NCBI GenBank assembly: GCA_934462885.1
Contig: CAKSJC010000001.1
Span: 1-33,803 of the forward strand
Length of the DNA: 33,803 nt
Reading direction: 5' to 3'
DNA from: an uncultured Eubacteriales bacterium
GTDB taxonomy: Bacteria > Bacillota > Clostridia > Oscillospirales > CAG-272
The notes beneath the pieces are model-generated. The model saw only the letters and a list, made by a program, of their open reading frames with translations. It had not been told where the DNA came from and did no database searches. The position numbers and the translations under genes were made by a program. Positions 1-9,786 of this stretch are shown in pieces; the stretch's first letter is position 1, and each line of letters begins with the position of its first letter.

Positions 1-233
1 ATATGAAGAGCGGCTGTACCGTTAGTACAGGAGATTGCGAACTTGGATCCGCACCATTCAGCCCACTTTGTTTCGAATTCCATACCGCGGTTGCCGGTCC
101 AGTAGCTTACTTTACCGCTGCGGAGGGTTTGTTCAACATCGGCGTACATGGATTCGTCAAACTGAGGCCACATGGGGAATCCGAGTTTAGCGACGCCGTC
201 GCCGTTCATGATGATTTCATCTTTCTGAGACAT
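1..233 (-). CDS. DegT/DnrJ/EryC1/StrS-family PLP aminotransferase, N-terminal part (gene runs off the left edge)
   Basis: Absent from the ORF track. The reverse complement of 233-3 reads ATG then MSQKDEIIMNGDGVAKLGFPMWPQFDESMYADVEQTLRSGKVSYWTGNRGMEFETKWAEWCGSKFAISCTNGTAALH with no stop. The WP...FE..WA...G...A....GTAAL pattern is the usual N-terminus of this family. Confidence 0.6.
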   Translation of the reverse strand, partial: MSQKDEIIMNGDGVAKLGFPMWPQFDESMYADVEQTLRSGKVSYWTGNRGMEFETKWAEWCGSKFAISCTNGTAALH

Positions 234-474
234 TCTAAATACATCCTTTCGGTAATATTGATTTTATTATGTAATATAGCAATCATGGCACAATTATACC
301 ATTTACATCATTATAACATATCAAAAAAAAATAAACAAGGGGGGTATGGGAAAAAGTTTTTTTGCTGTAAGATACGTCTTTTGTTATTAGATTCAAGGCA
401 GAGCAACGCTTATGTAAAAACAGAATATTGTAACGGATATGCAGAGGAATATAAGTAAAAAAACGTCACCCCCC

Positions 475-503
475 TTGACAAATCGGAGCTGATGGGATAT
501 ACT
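475..503 (+). promoter_or_regulatory. Sigma-A type promoter of the pyr operon
   Basis: TTGACA (475-480), exact 17-nt spacer, TATACT (498-503). It lies about 150 nt upstream of the pyrC start. Confidence 0.55.
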
Positions 504-522
504 TTTATCGAAATAAATCTTT

Positions 523-548
523 AAGTCGGTACAGAGAGATCGGCAAGG
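523..548 (+). promoter_or_regulatory. Possible PyrR-binding-loop-like element in the pyr leader
   Basis: AAGTCGGTACAGAGAGATCGGCAAGG contains a CAGAGAG core followed by GGCAAGG. This resembles the PyrR RNA-binding consensus as recalled from memory (ARUCCAGAGAGGYU). A hairpin CGTATAG-TAT-CTATACG and a T-run follow downstream. No canonical terminator was confirmed. Confidence 0.25.
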
Positions 549-655
549 TTTTAATGAATATATGCGTTTTCGTATAGTATCTATACGTCGGCGCCATTAT
601 TTTTATGTTTTCTGCCTTGTCTCGAGCGGGTTTTTGTACCTTGTCGGAGGAATTA

Positions 656-1906
656 ATGATAGTGGGAAAAGATAAAAATCCTTCCTGTTTATATAAATCC
701 GGAGAAACATCGGTGACGGCATTCCGCGACGGAGTCCGTGTTCTTTTTGATGTTTCTTCATCTTCATATGTAATATTTCCCGGTTTTACGGATGTTCATG
801 TTCATTTCCGTGAGCCGGGATTTTCTTATAAAGAAACAATAAGGAGCGGAAGTCTTGCGGCTGCGCACGGAGGATATACTGCGGTTTGTACTATGCCGAA
901 TCTATCCCCTGTTCCCGACTGCGCGGCGCATCTTGAAGAAGAACTTAAGCTTATTCGCGATGAATCCGTCATAGACATATATCCTTACGGCTCAATAAGC
1001 GCAGGAGAGCGGGGAGAAAGGCTTTCCGCAATGGAGGAGATTTCGGAGAAAACCGTCGCTTTTTCGGACGACGGACGCGGAGTTCAGTCAGACAGGCTGA
1101 TGAAAGAAGCGATGCTCCGGGCAAGATCTGTCGGAAAGCTTATCGCAGCGCACTGCGAAGATAACTCGCTTTTGAACGGTGGAGTGATACACGCCGGAAG
1201 CTGGGCTGCGGCGCACGCTTTCCCGGGGATATCATCGGAAAGCGAGTATGTACAGATAAAGCGGGACTTAAAACTTGCCGCCGAAACGAAAGCGAAGTAT
1301 CATGTGTGCCATATTTCGACAAAAGAGAGCGTCAGACTCATAAGGGAAGCAAAGTCTGCCGGAGTTAACGTGACCTGCGAGACAGCTCCGCATTATCTTT
1401 TACTTGATGAGAATGACCTACGCGACGACGGGCGTTTCAAGATGAATCCGCCGCTGAGAAGCAAAGAAGACCGAGAAGAGCTTATACGCGGAATATGCGA
1501 CGGAACGATAGATATAATAGCTACCGACCATGCGCCGCACAGCGCAGAAGAAAAAAGCGGCGGTCTTAAAAACAGTTTGATGGGAATAGTCGGACTTGAG
1601 TGCGCATTTTCACTTTTGTATACTGAGCTTGTGCTTAGGGGAATAATAACTCTTGATAAGCTTATAAAGCTTATGAGCATAAATCCCGCAAAGCGATTCG
1701 GTATAGAAAACGGATTTGAAACCGAAAGCTTTTCCGTTTTCGATCTGTCGGCGGAATACACGGTTGATCCGGATAAGTTTTATTCAAAAGGGAAAAGCAC
1801 TCCGTTTGCGGGACGGACGGCGAGGGGAGAATGTCTGCTGACCGTGTGCCGCGGAAAAGTCGTGTACGACAGCGGCATACTTCCGAGAAAAGCGGCGGAG
1901 GACTGA
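656..1906 (+). CDS. pyrC: Dihydroorotase
   Basis: ORF 605-1906. The ATG at 656 sits 6 nt after GGAGG, so it is preferred over 605. Metal-binding DVHVHFREPG is present, plus AHCED and the late DHAPH motif. First gene of the pyr cluster. Confidence 0.9.
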   Translation: MIVGKDKNPSCLYKSGETSVTAFRDGVRVLFDVSSSSYVIFPGFTDVHVHFREPGFSYKETIRSGSLAAAHGGYTAVCTMPNLSPVPDCAAHLEEELKLIRDESVIDIYPYGSISAGERGERLSAMEEISEKTVAFSDDGRGVQSDRLMKEAMLRARSVGKLIAAHCEDNSLLNGGVIHAGSWAAAHAFPGISSESEYVQIKRDLKLAAETKAKYHVCHISTKESVRLIREAKSAGVNVTCETAPHYLLLDENDLRDDGRFKMNPPLRSKEDREELIRGICDGTIDIIATDHAPHSAEEKSGGLKNSLMGIVGLECAFSLLYTELVLRGIITLDKLIKLMSINPAKRFGIENGFETESFSVFDLSAEYTVDPDKFYSKGKSTPFAGRTARGECLLTVCRGKVVYDSGILPRKAAED

Positions 1907-1997
1907 CATAATAGCCGTGTAACGATCGGCATAATATAAGCCTAACGACAGATAAATTGAGATAAAAAACGGCGGATAAAAATATCGGGAGGTAAAA

Positions 1998-2732
1998 ATG
2001 AAAGAAGGAATATTTGAACTGTCAAGACAAACGAGACTGACGGAGAATATGTATAAAATGACCCTTTCGGGGGATGTGTCCGAGATAAAACGGCCGGGGC
2101 AGTTTGTGAATATAAAGCTCGACGGCTTTTATTTAAGACGTCCTATATCGGTAGCCGATTGCGGAGAGGATAACTTTGATATTATATATAAAAGCGTGGG
2201 CGCGGGAACGACATATATGTCCACTCTTCTTCCGGGAGCGAAGCTGAATATTCTCACGGGACTCGGAAACGGATACGATACTTCAAAGTCGGGAGACAGA
2301 CCTCTTCTCGTAGGAGGAGGCGCGGGAGTTCCGCCTCTTTATCTGCTTACAAAGGAGTTAATCAAAAAAGGGGCGTCTCCGACAGTTGTTATTGGTTTTA
2401 ATAAAGCAGATGAAATATATTATGCGGAAGAATTTGAGCACGCCGGCGCTCGGGTGATCGTGACCACCGCCGACGGAAGCGCAGGCGTGCACGGATTTGT
2501 TACGGCTGCTCTTCCGCTTTGCGGAGAATTTACACACGTTTATGCCTGCGGACCGGAGCCTATGTTAAAATCGGTATATGACTCAACATCTTGCGGAGGA
2601 CAGTACAGCTTTGAAGAACGAATGGGCTGCGGTTTCGGTGCGTGCATGGGATGCACGTGCAAGACGAAATACGGCGCGAAGAGAATATGCAAGGAAGGTC
2701 CGGTACTTACCAGGGAGGAGATAATATGGTGA
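1998..2732 (+). CDS. pyrK: Dihydroorotate dehydrogenase B, electron-transfer (FAD/2Fe-2S) subunit
   Basis: GGGAGG RBS precedes the ATG. C-terminal cluster motif CGFGACMGCTC...C. The gene overlaps the pyrD start by 7 nt. Confidence 0.88.
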   Translation: MKEGIFELSRQTRLTENMYKMTLSGDVSEIKRPGQFVNIKLDGFYLRRPISVADCGEDNFDIIYKSVGAGTTYMSTLLPGAKLNILTGLGNGYDTSKSGDRPLLVGGGAGVPPLYLLTKELIKKGASPTVVIGFNKADEIYYAEEFEHAGARVIVTTADGSAGVHGFVTAALPLCGEFTHVYACGPEPMLKSVYDSTSCGGQYSFEERMGCGFGACMGCTCKTKYGAKRICKEGPVLTREEIIW

Positions 2733-3640
2733 ACACAAAAGTTAAACTCGCAAATCTTGAGCTTGATAACCCCGTAATGGCGGCGAGCGGAACATTCGGC
2801 TACGGGTTGGATTTCGCAAAGCTTTACGATATAAATATTCTCGGTTCTTTTTCCTTTAAGGGAACTACAAAAGAGGAACGGTTCGGAAATCCTACGCCGC
2901 GTATCGCGGAATCCCCATCCGGAATATTAAATTCTATCGGACTGCAAAATCCCGGAATAGAACACGTTATCGCCGAGGAACTGCCTCAGCTGAGAAAGGT
3001 TTTCCATAAGCCTGTTATCGCAAATATCGGCGGATTTTCGCTCGACGAATATAAGTACTGCGCGGAGCGTCTTGACGGCGAGGAGTGCGTCGGTATAATT
3101 GAACTTAACGTGAGCTGCCCGAACGTACACGGAGGATTAAAATGCTCAAGTTCTCCCGCCGACGCCGCTCTTGTCACACGTGAAGTGAAAAAAGTTACCG
3201 CAAAACCGCTTTTTGTAAAGCTCAGCCCGAATGTTACCGATATATGCGAAATGGCGCGCGCGGTCGAAGACGCCGGAGCGGACGGACTTACGCTTGTAAA
3301 TACTCTCGTCGGCATGAGAATAGACATAAACAAAAGAAAACCGATACTCGCAAATAAGCAGGGCGGATTTTCCGGTCCTGCGATATTCCCGGTAGCGCTC
3401 GGAATAGTCTACCGCGTGTACGAAGCCGTAAAAATACCGATAATCGGAGTCGGCGGAATTTCAAAGACAGAGGACGTTATCGAAATGATGCTCGCCGGCG
3501 CGCGTGCGGTTGAGATCGGAGCCGCAAACCTTGTCGATCCGTTCGTATGCCGTGATATAATAAACTCGCTTCCCGAAGTAATGAAAAAATATAATATAAC
3601 CGATCTTGAAGATATAATAGGAGGGGCGCACAATGGGTAA
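2726..3640 (+). CDS. pyrD: Dihydroorotate dehydrogenase B, catalytic subunit (class 1B)
   Basis: ORF 2642-3640. The ATG at 2726 follows GGGAGGAG and gives the typical N-terminus MVNTKVKLANLELDNPVMAASGTFGYG. NSIGLQNPG and the active-site LNVSCPN are present. Confidence 0.9.
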   Translation: MVNTKVKLANLELDNPVMAASGTFGYGLDFAKLYDINILGSFSFKGTTKEERFGNPTPRIAESPSGILNSIGLQNPGIEHVIAEELPQLRKVFHKPVIANIGGFSLDEYKYCAERLDGEECVGIIELNVSCPNVHGGLKCSSSPADAALVTREVKKVTAKPLFVKLSPNVTDICEMARAVEDAGADGLTLVNTLVGMRIDINKRKPILANKQGGFSGPAIFPVALGIVYRVYEAVKIPIIGVGGISKTEDVIEMMLAGARAVEIGAANLVDPFVCRDIINSLPEVMKKYNITDLEDIIGGAHNG

Positions 3641-4334
3641 GGATGTAATAATAGCCTGTGATTTTTCCGCTAAAGATGAAACCCTTTCGTTTATTGACAG
3701 ATTCGAGGGTAAAAAGCCATACCTTAAGATAGGAGTGGAGCTTTTTTACGCAGAAGGCGCGTCAATTGTCCGTGAGATTAAAAAGAGAGGACATAAGATA
3801 TTCCTTGATCTAAAGCTTCACGATATCCCGAATACTGTAAAGAAAAGCATGAAAGTTCTCTCGGAACTTGATATAGATATGTGCAACGTTCACGCCGCAG
3901 GAACGGGTGCGATGATTGAAGCGGCGCTTGAAGGACTTACGAGAGGGGACGGAAGCCGTCCTCTCCTCATCGCCGTGACGCAGCTTACATCCACATCGGA
4001 AGAACGCATGAAAAGAGAGCTTCTTATAAACGCTCCGATAGAAGAAGTCGTAGGTCATTACGCGAAGAACGCGATGAATGCGGGAGCAGACGGGGTTGTC
4101 TGCTCGCCTCTTGAGGTGCGAAGAGTGCATGAATTATGCGGTTCGTCGTTTTTGACGGTAACTCCGGGGATCCGCTTTGCGGGAGGAGATGCGGGAGATC
4201 AGTCGAGAGTCACGACTCCCGAAACGGCGCGTGAACTTGGAAGCGACTACATAGTGGTTGGGCGACCGATAACTGCGGCTGACGACCCCGTTTCGGCATA
4301 CGAGAAATGTGTACGGGACTTTGTAGGCGCGTAA
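3633..4334 (+). CDS. pyrF: Orotidine 5'-phosphate decarboxylase
   Basis: DLKLHDIPNTV motif and GADGVVCSP. The start overlaps the pyrD stop by 8 nt and is preceded by GGAGGGG. Confidence 0.9.
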   Translation: MGKDVIIACDFSAKDETLSFIDRFEGKKPYLKIGVELFYAEGASIVREIKKRGHKIFLDLKLHDIPNTVKKSMKVLSELDIDMCNVHAAGTGAMIEAALEGLTRGDGSRPLLIAVTQLTSTSEERMKRELLINAPIEEVVGHYAKNAMNAGADGVVCSPLEVRRVHELCGSSFLTVTPGIRFAGGDAGDQSRVTTPETARELGSDYIVVGRPITAADDPVSAYEKCVRDFVGA

Positions 4335-4535
4335 GAAAAAGGCGGCTTAAAAAGGGCAGGTTCGATAAAAGAGAAGCAGCAACTTCCGACTGAGGCAGTA
4401 AAAAAATAAACCGAGTAAACTGTTTCCCGTAAGATGCCGCTGCCATTGAAAAAAACAGTTTTCACTCATGCAAATTTGACGGAAAAACAAAACAAACCGA
4501 ACGATCGTAACGACAAATCAAAGGAGAACAAAAAC

Positions 4536-5189
4536 ATGAAAAAAACAACAGAAGGAGAAGCGGCAGAAGCCCTCCTTTCCATAAAAGCGGTCTTTTTCAG
4601 ACCGAACGAGCCGTTTACATGGGCAAGCGGAATAAAAAGTCCCGTTTACTGCGATAACAGACTTACTTTGACAGCGCCCGATGTGCGGAATTTAATTGAA
4701 AACGGTCTTGTAGATATAGTGCGAGATTTTTACCCGGATGTCGAAGTGTTAATGGGAACGTCGACTGCTGGAATAGCGCACGCGGCAATTGTCGGTCATA
4801 TAATGGGTCTTCCGATGGGCTATGTACGTTCGGGAGCTAAGGATCACGGGCGCGGAAACCGTATAGAGGGCAAACTTGAACGAGGCGCACGCGTCGTCGT
4901 AATTGAAGATCTTATCTCGACAGGCGGAAGCGTTATCGAAGTGGTTGAAGCTTTGCGCGAGGCGGGAGCAATTGTTCTCGGAGTGGCAAGCATTTTTACT
5001 TACGGTATGAAAAAAGGTCTTGACAGACTCAGCGAGGCGGGAGTTGAAAATCACAGTCTTACGAATTTTGATGAAATAGCAAAAATCGCCGCCGAAACCG
5101 GATATATAGAGCGGGGAGATGTTGCAAAGCTTATAAAATTCCGAGATAATCCCGCAGATGAGAGCTGGATGAATCACACAGCGCCCTGA
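4536..5189 (+). CDS. pyrE: Orotate phosphoribosyltransferase
   Basis: ORF 4434-5189. The ATG at 4536 is preceded by AAGGAG. PRPP-binding loop VVVIEDLISTGGS is present. The N-terminal 34 codons of the long ORF are Lys/Asn-rich and probably untranslated. Confidence 0.88.
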   Translation: MKKTTEGEAAEALLSIKAVFFRPNEPFTWASGIKSPVYCDNRLTLTAPDVRNLIENGLVDIVRDFYPDVEVLMGTSTAGIAHAAIVGHIMGLPMGYVRSGAKDHGRGNRIEGKLERGARVVVIEDLISTGGSVIEVVEALREAGAIVLGVASIFTYGMKKGLDRLSEAGVENHSLTNFDEIAKIAAETGYIERGDVAKLIKFRDNPADESWMNHTAP

Positions 5190-5241
5190 TCGGCAAAGAA
5201 ATAATGTCACGCTCATGTTAAATGATGTTTGAGGTGTAAGG

Positions 5242-6159
5242 ATGAGAAGTCTGATAGATATAAAAGAGCTGTCTGTCGAAGAGCTTGACGCTCTCATAGC
5301 GACGGCTAACGATATAATAGAAAATCCGAAAAAGTATTCGGAGGTGTGCCGCGGGAAAAAGCTGGCGACTCTCTTTTACGAGCCGTCAACGAGAACGCGA
5401 CTCAGCTTTGAAGCGGCAATGTACGAACTCGGAGGAAACGTACTCGGTTTTTCCGAAGCCGCAAGCAGCTCCGCTTCAAAGGGAGAAAGCGTTGCCGATA
5501 CAGCGCGCATAGTCAGCTGCTATGCCGACATAATAGCAATGCGTCACCCGAAGGAGGGGGCGCCTTACGTTGCGTCGATAAACGCCGAAGTTCCAGTAAT
5601 AAATGCGGGAGACGGAGGACATAATCATCCGACGCAGACTCTTGCCGATTTGCTTACGATATCGAGAGAGAAAAAACGTTTGTCCGATCTTACGGTAGGC
5701 TTTTGCGGAGATTTAAAGTTCGGACGCACGGTGCATTCTCTTATCACGGCGCTTTCGAGATACGAAAACATAAAAATAGTTTTGATTTCCCCAAGCGAGT
5801 TAAAGCTGCCAAGTTACATAAAGAACGACGTAATAAAGAAAAACGGGATAGAATACGTTCAGACGACCGATATAGAAGAAGTCATGGGAGAACTTGATGT
5901 GCTTTACATGACGCGAGTTCAGAAGGAGCGCTTCCTAAACGAGGAAGAGTACCTTCGACTCAAGGACAGCTATATTTTGACTACCGAAAAGCTCGCAGCG
6001 GCTAAGGACGACCTGTGCATAATGCACCCGCTCCCGCGAGTCAACGAGATAGCCGTGGAAGTCGACAAAGACCCGCGCGCCTGCTATTTTAAACAGGCTT
6101 TGTACGGTAAGTACATGAGAATGGCGCTTATTATGATGCTCTTGGAGGTTGGCGTATGA
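5242..6159 (+). CDS. pyrB: Aspartate carbamoyltransferase catalytic chain
   Basis: STRTR, HPTQ and HPLPR signature motifs. GAGGTG RBS. Confidence 0.92.
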   Translation: MRSLIDIKELSVEELDALIATANDIIENPKKYSEVCRGKKLATLFYEPSTRTRLSFEAAMYELGGNVLGFSEAASSSASKGESVADTARIVSCYADIIAMRHPKEGAPYVASINAEVPVINAGDGGHNHPTQTLADLLTISREKKRLSDLTVGFCGDLKFGRTVHSLITALSRYENIKIVLISPSELKLPSYIKNDVIKKNGIEYVQTTDIEEVMGELDVLYMTRVQKERFLNEEEYLRLKDSYILTTEKLAAAKDDLCIMHPLPRVNEIAVEVDKDPRACYFKQALYGKYMRMALIMMLLEVGV

Positions 6160-6578
6160 ATATAGATTCTATAAAAAACGGGATAGTTCTGGATCACATA
6201 AAAGCGGGCGGCAGCATGAAAATATATGATTATCTGAAGCTTTGTGATCTTTCCTGTCCGGTTGCCATAATAAAAAACGTGCCGAGCGCAAAGATCGGCA
6301 AGAAAGACATGATAAAAATAGACGCGGAGATAGTTCTGGACCTTGACATACTTGGGTATGTAGATCCCGGGATTACCGTAAATATCATAAAGGACTCAAA
6401 AGTCGTTGAGAAAAAGAGACTTGAACTTCCCGAAAAGCTTACGGGTATACTGAAATGCAAGAATCCGCGCTGCATCACATCGACGGAACCCGATCTTCCT
6501 GCGGTGTTCAAGCTGGCGGATAAGAACACCCGAACATACAGATGCATTTACTGCGAGTCAAAAGCGGATGTCCGTTAA
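6156..6578 (+). CDS. pyrI: Aspartate carbamoyltransferase regulatory chain
   Basis: ATGA start/stop overlap with pyrB. C-terminal zinc domain CKNPRCIT...YRCIYCE. Confidence 0.88.
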   Translation: MNIDSIKNGIVLDHIKAGGSMKIYDYLKLCDLSCPVAIIKNVPSAKIGKKDMIKIDAEIVLDLDILGYVDPGITVNIIKDSKVVEKKRLELPEKLTGILKCKNPRCITSTEPDLPAVFKLADKNTRTYRCIYCESKADVR

Positions 6579-6581
6579 AAA

Positions 6582-6655
6582 AACGAACCGATATACGCCT
6601 GCCGGAAAGCTTTCCGCAACAGGAAACGAAAGCGCATATCGGTTCGTTTTTTATT
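6582..6655. terminator. Bidirectional rho-independent terminator between convergent pyrI and pheA
   Basis: 13-bp arms AACGAACCGATAT (6582-6594) and ATATCGGTTCGTT (6636-6648) are followed by TTTTTATTTTT. The left arm is preceded by an A-run, which serves the opposite strand. An inner palindrome CGGAAAGCTTTCCG lies at 6603-6616. Confidence 0.7.
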
Positions 6656-7817
6656 TTTCCACATAGCTTCCGAGATAACAGAACTCCTCGCACACGTCTT
6701 CAACTGTGTTTATAAGAGAGGCAAAATCTTCTGAATATACGGATGTTTCAAAATCGATAAAGAAACGGAATTCAAAATCGCGTCCCGTTATCGGACGGGA
6801 TACGAGGTTTGTCATGTTTATTCCGAGAGCGTTGAAACGGGAAAGCACTTTGTAAAGTGCGCCGGGTTTATTGCCGGTCACGAGCATAACGGAGGTTTTG
6901 TCGGCGCCGGGGTATATCTCGATGTCCCGCGATACGCAGAGAAATCTTGTGTAGTTGTTGTCTGTTGTCTGAATATCGCGTTTGAGAACGGAGAGCGAGT
7001 TTATCTCGGCGCATCCGTATGAGGATATCGAGGCTAAGTCGAGACGCCCGGATTCCGCGACGGCGCGCGCGGCAAGCGCGGTGTTTTCGGCGTAGGTTAT
7101 CTTTATTCCGCCGTTTTCACGCGACAGGTTGTCAAGGAAAGCGCGGCTTTGGTTTATCGCCTGCTCATGAGATATGACTTCCTTTATGTCTGAGAGAGCG
7201 GCACCGCAGTTAGCAAGAAGAGAATGTTCAACCTTGTATTTTACTCCGCGTACAGCGTAAACGCCGCTTTCGGCAAGGAGTTCGTAAACTCCGTTTACAG
7301 CGCCTGCGGTGCTGTTTTCAATAGGGAGCATACCGTATTTGACGTATCCCGAGCGCACGGCGCGCACAACATCGGCAAAGGTTTTTACGTATACGATATC
7401 GGGATCACGGAATAACTTTTTCGCTGCCGCCATAGAATATGCGCCTTCGGTTCCCTGACAGGCGACCCGCGCTTCCGTCGGAAAAAGACGAGGAGTTTCT
7501 TCAATCGCATGGGATATTTTTTCATATAGTTCGGATGAATGTCCGATGAGCTTGTTCTGATAGTCGCGCGACAGCTCAAAGAGAAGAGAATACATACTTT
7601 TTACATAGCTTTTCATACCGTCGTCCGCTTCATTTGCTACCGCTTTCAGCTTTTCACGTTCGCGGACGGGGTCGAACACCGCTTTTCCGCAGCATCTTTT
7701 ATATTCTGCAATACGTGCGGCGCAGCCCATACGCTTTTCAAAGTTTTTTATTAACTCGCGGTCTGCCGCATCTATCTCAAGTCTGAGCGCGTCGAGATCT
7801 TTTTTATTATTTTCCAT
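6651..7817 (-). CDS. pheA: Bifunctional chorismate mutase / prephenate dehydratase (P-protein) with C-terminal ACT domain
   Basis: N-terminal chorismate mutase helix LRLEIDAADRELIKNFEKRM. Prephenate dehydratase core VACQGTEGAYSMAAAKK...IENSTAGAV. ACT-like tail SVMLVTGNKPGALYKVLSRF. GAGGT RBS. Confidence 0.85.
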   Translation of the reverse strand: MENNKKDLDALRLEIDAADRELIKNFEKRMGCAARIAEYKRCCGKAVFDPVREREKLKAVANEADDGMKSYVKSMYSLLFELSRDYQNKLIGHSSELYEKISHAIEETPRLFPTEARVACQGTEGAYSMAAAKKLFRDPDIVYVKTFADVVRAVRSGYVKYGMLPIENSTAGAVNGVYELLAESGVYAVRGVKYKVEHSLLANCGAALSDIKEVISHEQAINQSRAFLDNLSRENGGIKITYAENTALAARAVAESGRLDLASISSYGCAEINSLSVLKRDIQTTDNNYTRFLCVSRDIEIYPGADKTSVMLVTGNKPGALYKVLSRFNALGINMTNLVSRPITGRDFEFRFFIDFETSVYSEDFASLINTVEDVCEEFCYLGSYVEK

Positions 7818-7841
7818 GTCATATACCTCGTTATATAGCTC

Positions 7842-8621
7842 CTATATCTTTTCTCCGCCGGATATTTCTGAATTCCGGCTTTTTTTATGCTGTTCGGTAT
7901 CTCCCGTAAGTTCGGGAACAAACCAGCTTTTTTCGTGCTTTATCGAGAAATATCCGATTACCGACGCGAAAAGCGCGCCGAGAGTATCTACAATTATATC
8001 TTTCATTGTGTCGAGAAGCGCGGCTCTGCCGACAAGCAGAGTTCCGTCTTCAGTCATAAATTTTTGCATATTAAGACCGAGAAGTCCGTCAAAGGAAAAC
8101 TCGTAAATTTCCCACAGAGATCCGATCGTTACAGAAAAGGAAAACGCGAACAGAGAGATAAAAAACGGCGAGAGCTTAACTACAAGATGTTCGTCGCGGT
8201 TTAAGATGTAAACGACCATCAGTCCGAAGAACCCCGTCATTATGCTGCTCATTGAATGTAAGATAACATCCCAGTGCGGAATCAGATAATAAAAGCTTCT
8301 TACTTCTCCGAGGAATATCGCGCAGTACAGGAAAATTATATAAAGAGTATACAAAACGACGGGAGGTTCGAATTTGAAGCGTTTTGCGAGTAAGCTCGGA
8401 ATGTGCATCACGATGACTCCGAGGATACATTGAACGAGCATCAGTACATAATCCGCGTGCGAATGATAACCTGCTTTGTTTTCCGCCTCCGGAGCTGCCG
8501 CCATCATAACTATAAGAAAAATTATTGGTATAATGAAGCTTGCCATTACGAGTATATAAATGAGCTTGCCGAAACGCTTTCCGCGCATAGGCGGAGCCGT
8601 TCTGCCGGTGTCTCTTTTCAT
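7842..8621 (-). CDS. Multi-pass integral membrane protein, function unknown
   Basis: ORF 7842-8654. The ATG at 8621 follows AGGAG with a 7-nt spacer. There are about 6-7 hydrophobic segments. It ends 24 nt before the pheA start and is probably co-transcribed. I cannot place the family by eye. Confidence 0.6.
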   Translation of the reverse strand: MKRDTGRTAPPMRGKRFGKLIYILVMASFIIPIIFLIVMMAAAPEAENKAGYHSHADYVLMLVQCILGVIVMHIPSLLAKRFKFEPPVVLYTLYIIFLYCAIFLGEVRSFYYLIPHWDVILHSMSSIMTGFFGLMVVYILNRDEHLVVKLSPFFISLFAFSFSVTIGSLWEIYEFSFDGLLGLNMQKFMTEDGTLLVGRAALLDTMKDIIVDTLGALFASVIGYFSIKHEKSWFVPELTGDTEQHKKSRNSEISGGEKI

Positions 8622-8778
8622 AGAGATTCTCCTATTCTTTTCTTTGTTCAACATTTTATCATTAAATCGTTGCCATATGGTTACAAAAATATTAATAACT
8701 CGATTTTTTTCGAATCATTAGGTTAAAAAAAAGAACAAAGGATTTTGTGAATAAAATGTTAAAATGATGTTGCTCTTA

Positions 8779-8807
8779 TTGATGAGGGGGAGAAGTTATG
8801 ATATAAT
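8779..8807 (+). promoter_or_regulatory. Promoter with extended -10 for the GNAT gene
   Basis: TTGATG (8779-8784), 17-nt spacer ending in TGA, then TATAAT (8802-8807). This gives a TGnTATAAT extended -10. Confidence 0.55.
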
Positions 8808-8879
8808 GTTTCAAGTAAAAATTGTGCTTAGAAACAGGCAAAGATTGTCTTTGATTTATTATAGAAAGAGGTTTTTGAT

Positions 8880-9755
8880 ATGTTGAATATCGTCGAAGCA
8901 TTCAGAGTATATGAACATTGTTTCCCGGATTACGTCATCAGTGAAAAATACTTTACCGATATGGTAAACAGAGAAGATTCTCTCATAATTGCCAAACAAG
9001 AGGACGACGAGATAATAGGTTCTTTTATTTTGGTAACGAATAAGAATCATGTTGCGGCTCTTGGTGTAAAACCCAAATACAGACACCGCGGTAAAGGTTA
9101 TGAGTTGCTCAAAGAAGCTGAAAAGCGCGCCAAAGAACAAGGCTGCGATAAAATGATTCTCGGCGGAGTAGGAGATTTCTTTGTTGACGGCGTACCGACA
9201 GAGTTTTCTAATCTCAAGTATTTTGAGGAAAGAGGATATGTTCCGGTAGGCGAAACATACGATATGTACTATGATGTAGATAAAATGGGGCGCTATATGC
9301 CCGATACCACACTTTTCCATTCGGCTCCCGAAGAGGCAAAATTCAAAATCTACGAAGCAAGCGAACAATTCATTAAAGATCAGCTATGGGCTGTTGCAAA
9401 GACGACAGAAGAAGAATATTTCGACGCAACACAGGAAGAGGGAACTATAACATTCGGCGTTGAGAACAATGCAAGAATCTGCGGATTCTGCGTTCTTTCC
9501 GATACAGCAAACAGATATCATCCCTACGTTGAAAAATACGGCAAAGTCGGCTCGATCAGAGGACTCAGCGTTATCCGCGGTGAACGTCTCCTCGGATACG
9601 GACGCACGTTAGCCGCATCGGCGGTTATTTGCCTCAAAAAGAAAGGCTGCAAGGGTATAGAAATCCTCGGCATTAAGCCGGATATGGTTGATTTCTTCCA
9701 GCCGATAGGTTTCCGTGTAATGCACCGTATGGTACGTATGGAAAAGACTCTTTGA
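8880..9755 (+). CDS. Tandem-domain GNAT family N-acetyltransferase
   Basis: Two acetyl-CoA-binding motif-A-like segments are present: LGVKPKYRHRGKGYELLKEAEKRA and LSVIRGERLLGYGRTLAASAV. AAGAGG RBS. Confidence 0.75.
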   Translation: MLNIVEAFRVYEHCFPDYVISEKYFTDMVNREDSLIIAKQEDDEIIGSFILVTNKNHVAALGVKPKYRHRGKGYELLKEAEKRAKEQGCDKMILGGVGDFFVDGVPTEFSNLKYFEERGYVPVGETYDMYYDVDKMGRYMPDTTLFHSAPEEAKFKIYEASEQFIKDQLWAVAKTTEEEYFDATQEEGTITFGVENNARICGFCVLSDTANRYHPYVEKYGKVGSIRGLSVIRGERLLGYGRTLAASAVICLKKKGCKGIEILGIKPDMVDFFQPIGFRVMHRMVRMEKTL

Positions 9756-9786
9756 TCATTAATATTAATACATAGTAAAAATTACA

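Noticed and set aside
3-458. 151-aa plus-strand ORF at the left edge.
   Set aside because: Its first half is the antisense of a good DegT-family N-terminus on the minus strand. The rest runs through AT-rich promoter DNA. It has no RBS and no recognisable motifs.
4417-4461. Inverted repeat AAACTGTTT / AAACAGTTT in the 200-nt pyrF-pyrE spacer, as a possible internal attenuator.
   Set aside because: The stem is AT-rich and 9 bp with a 27-nt loop, and there is no CAGAGAG-type PyrR box nearby. It is not convincing as a regulated terminator.
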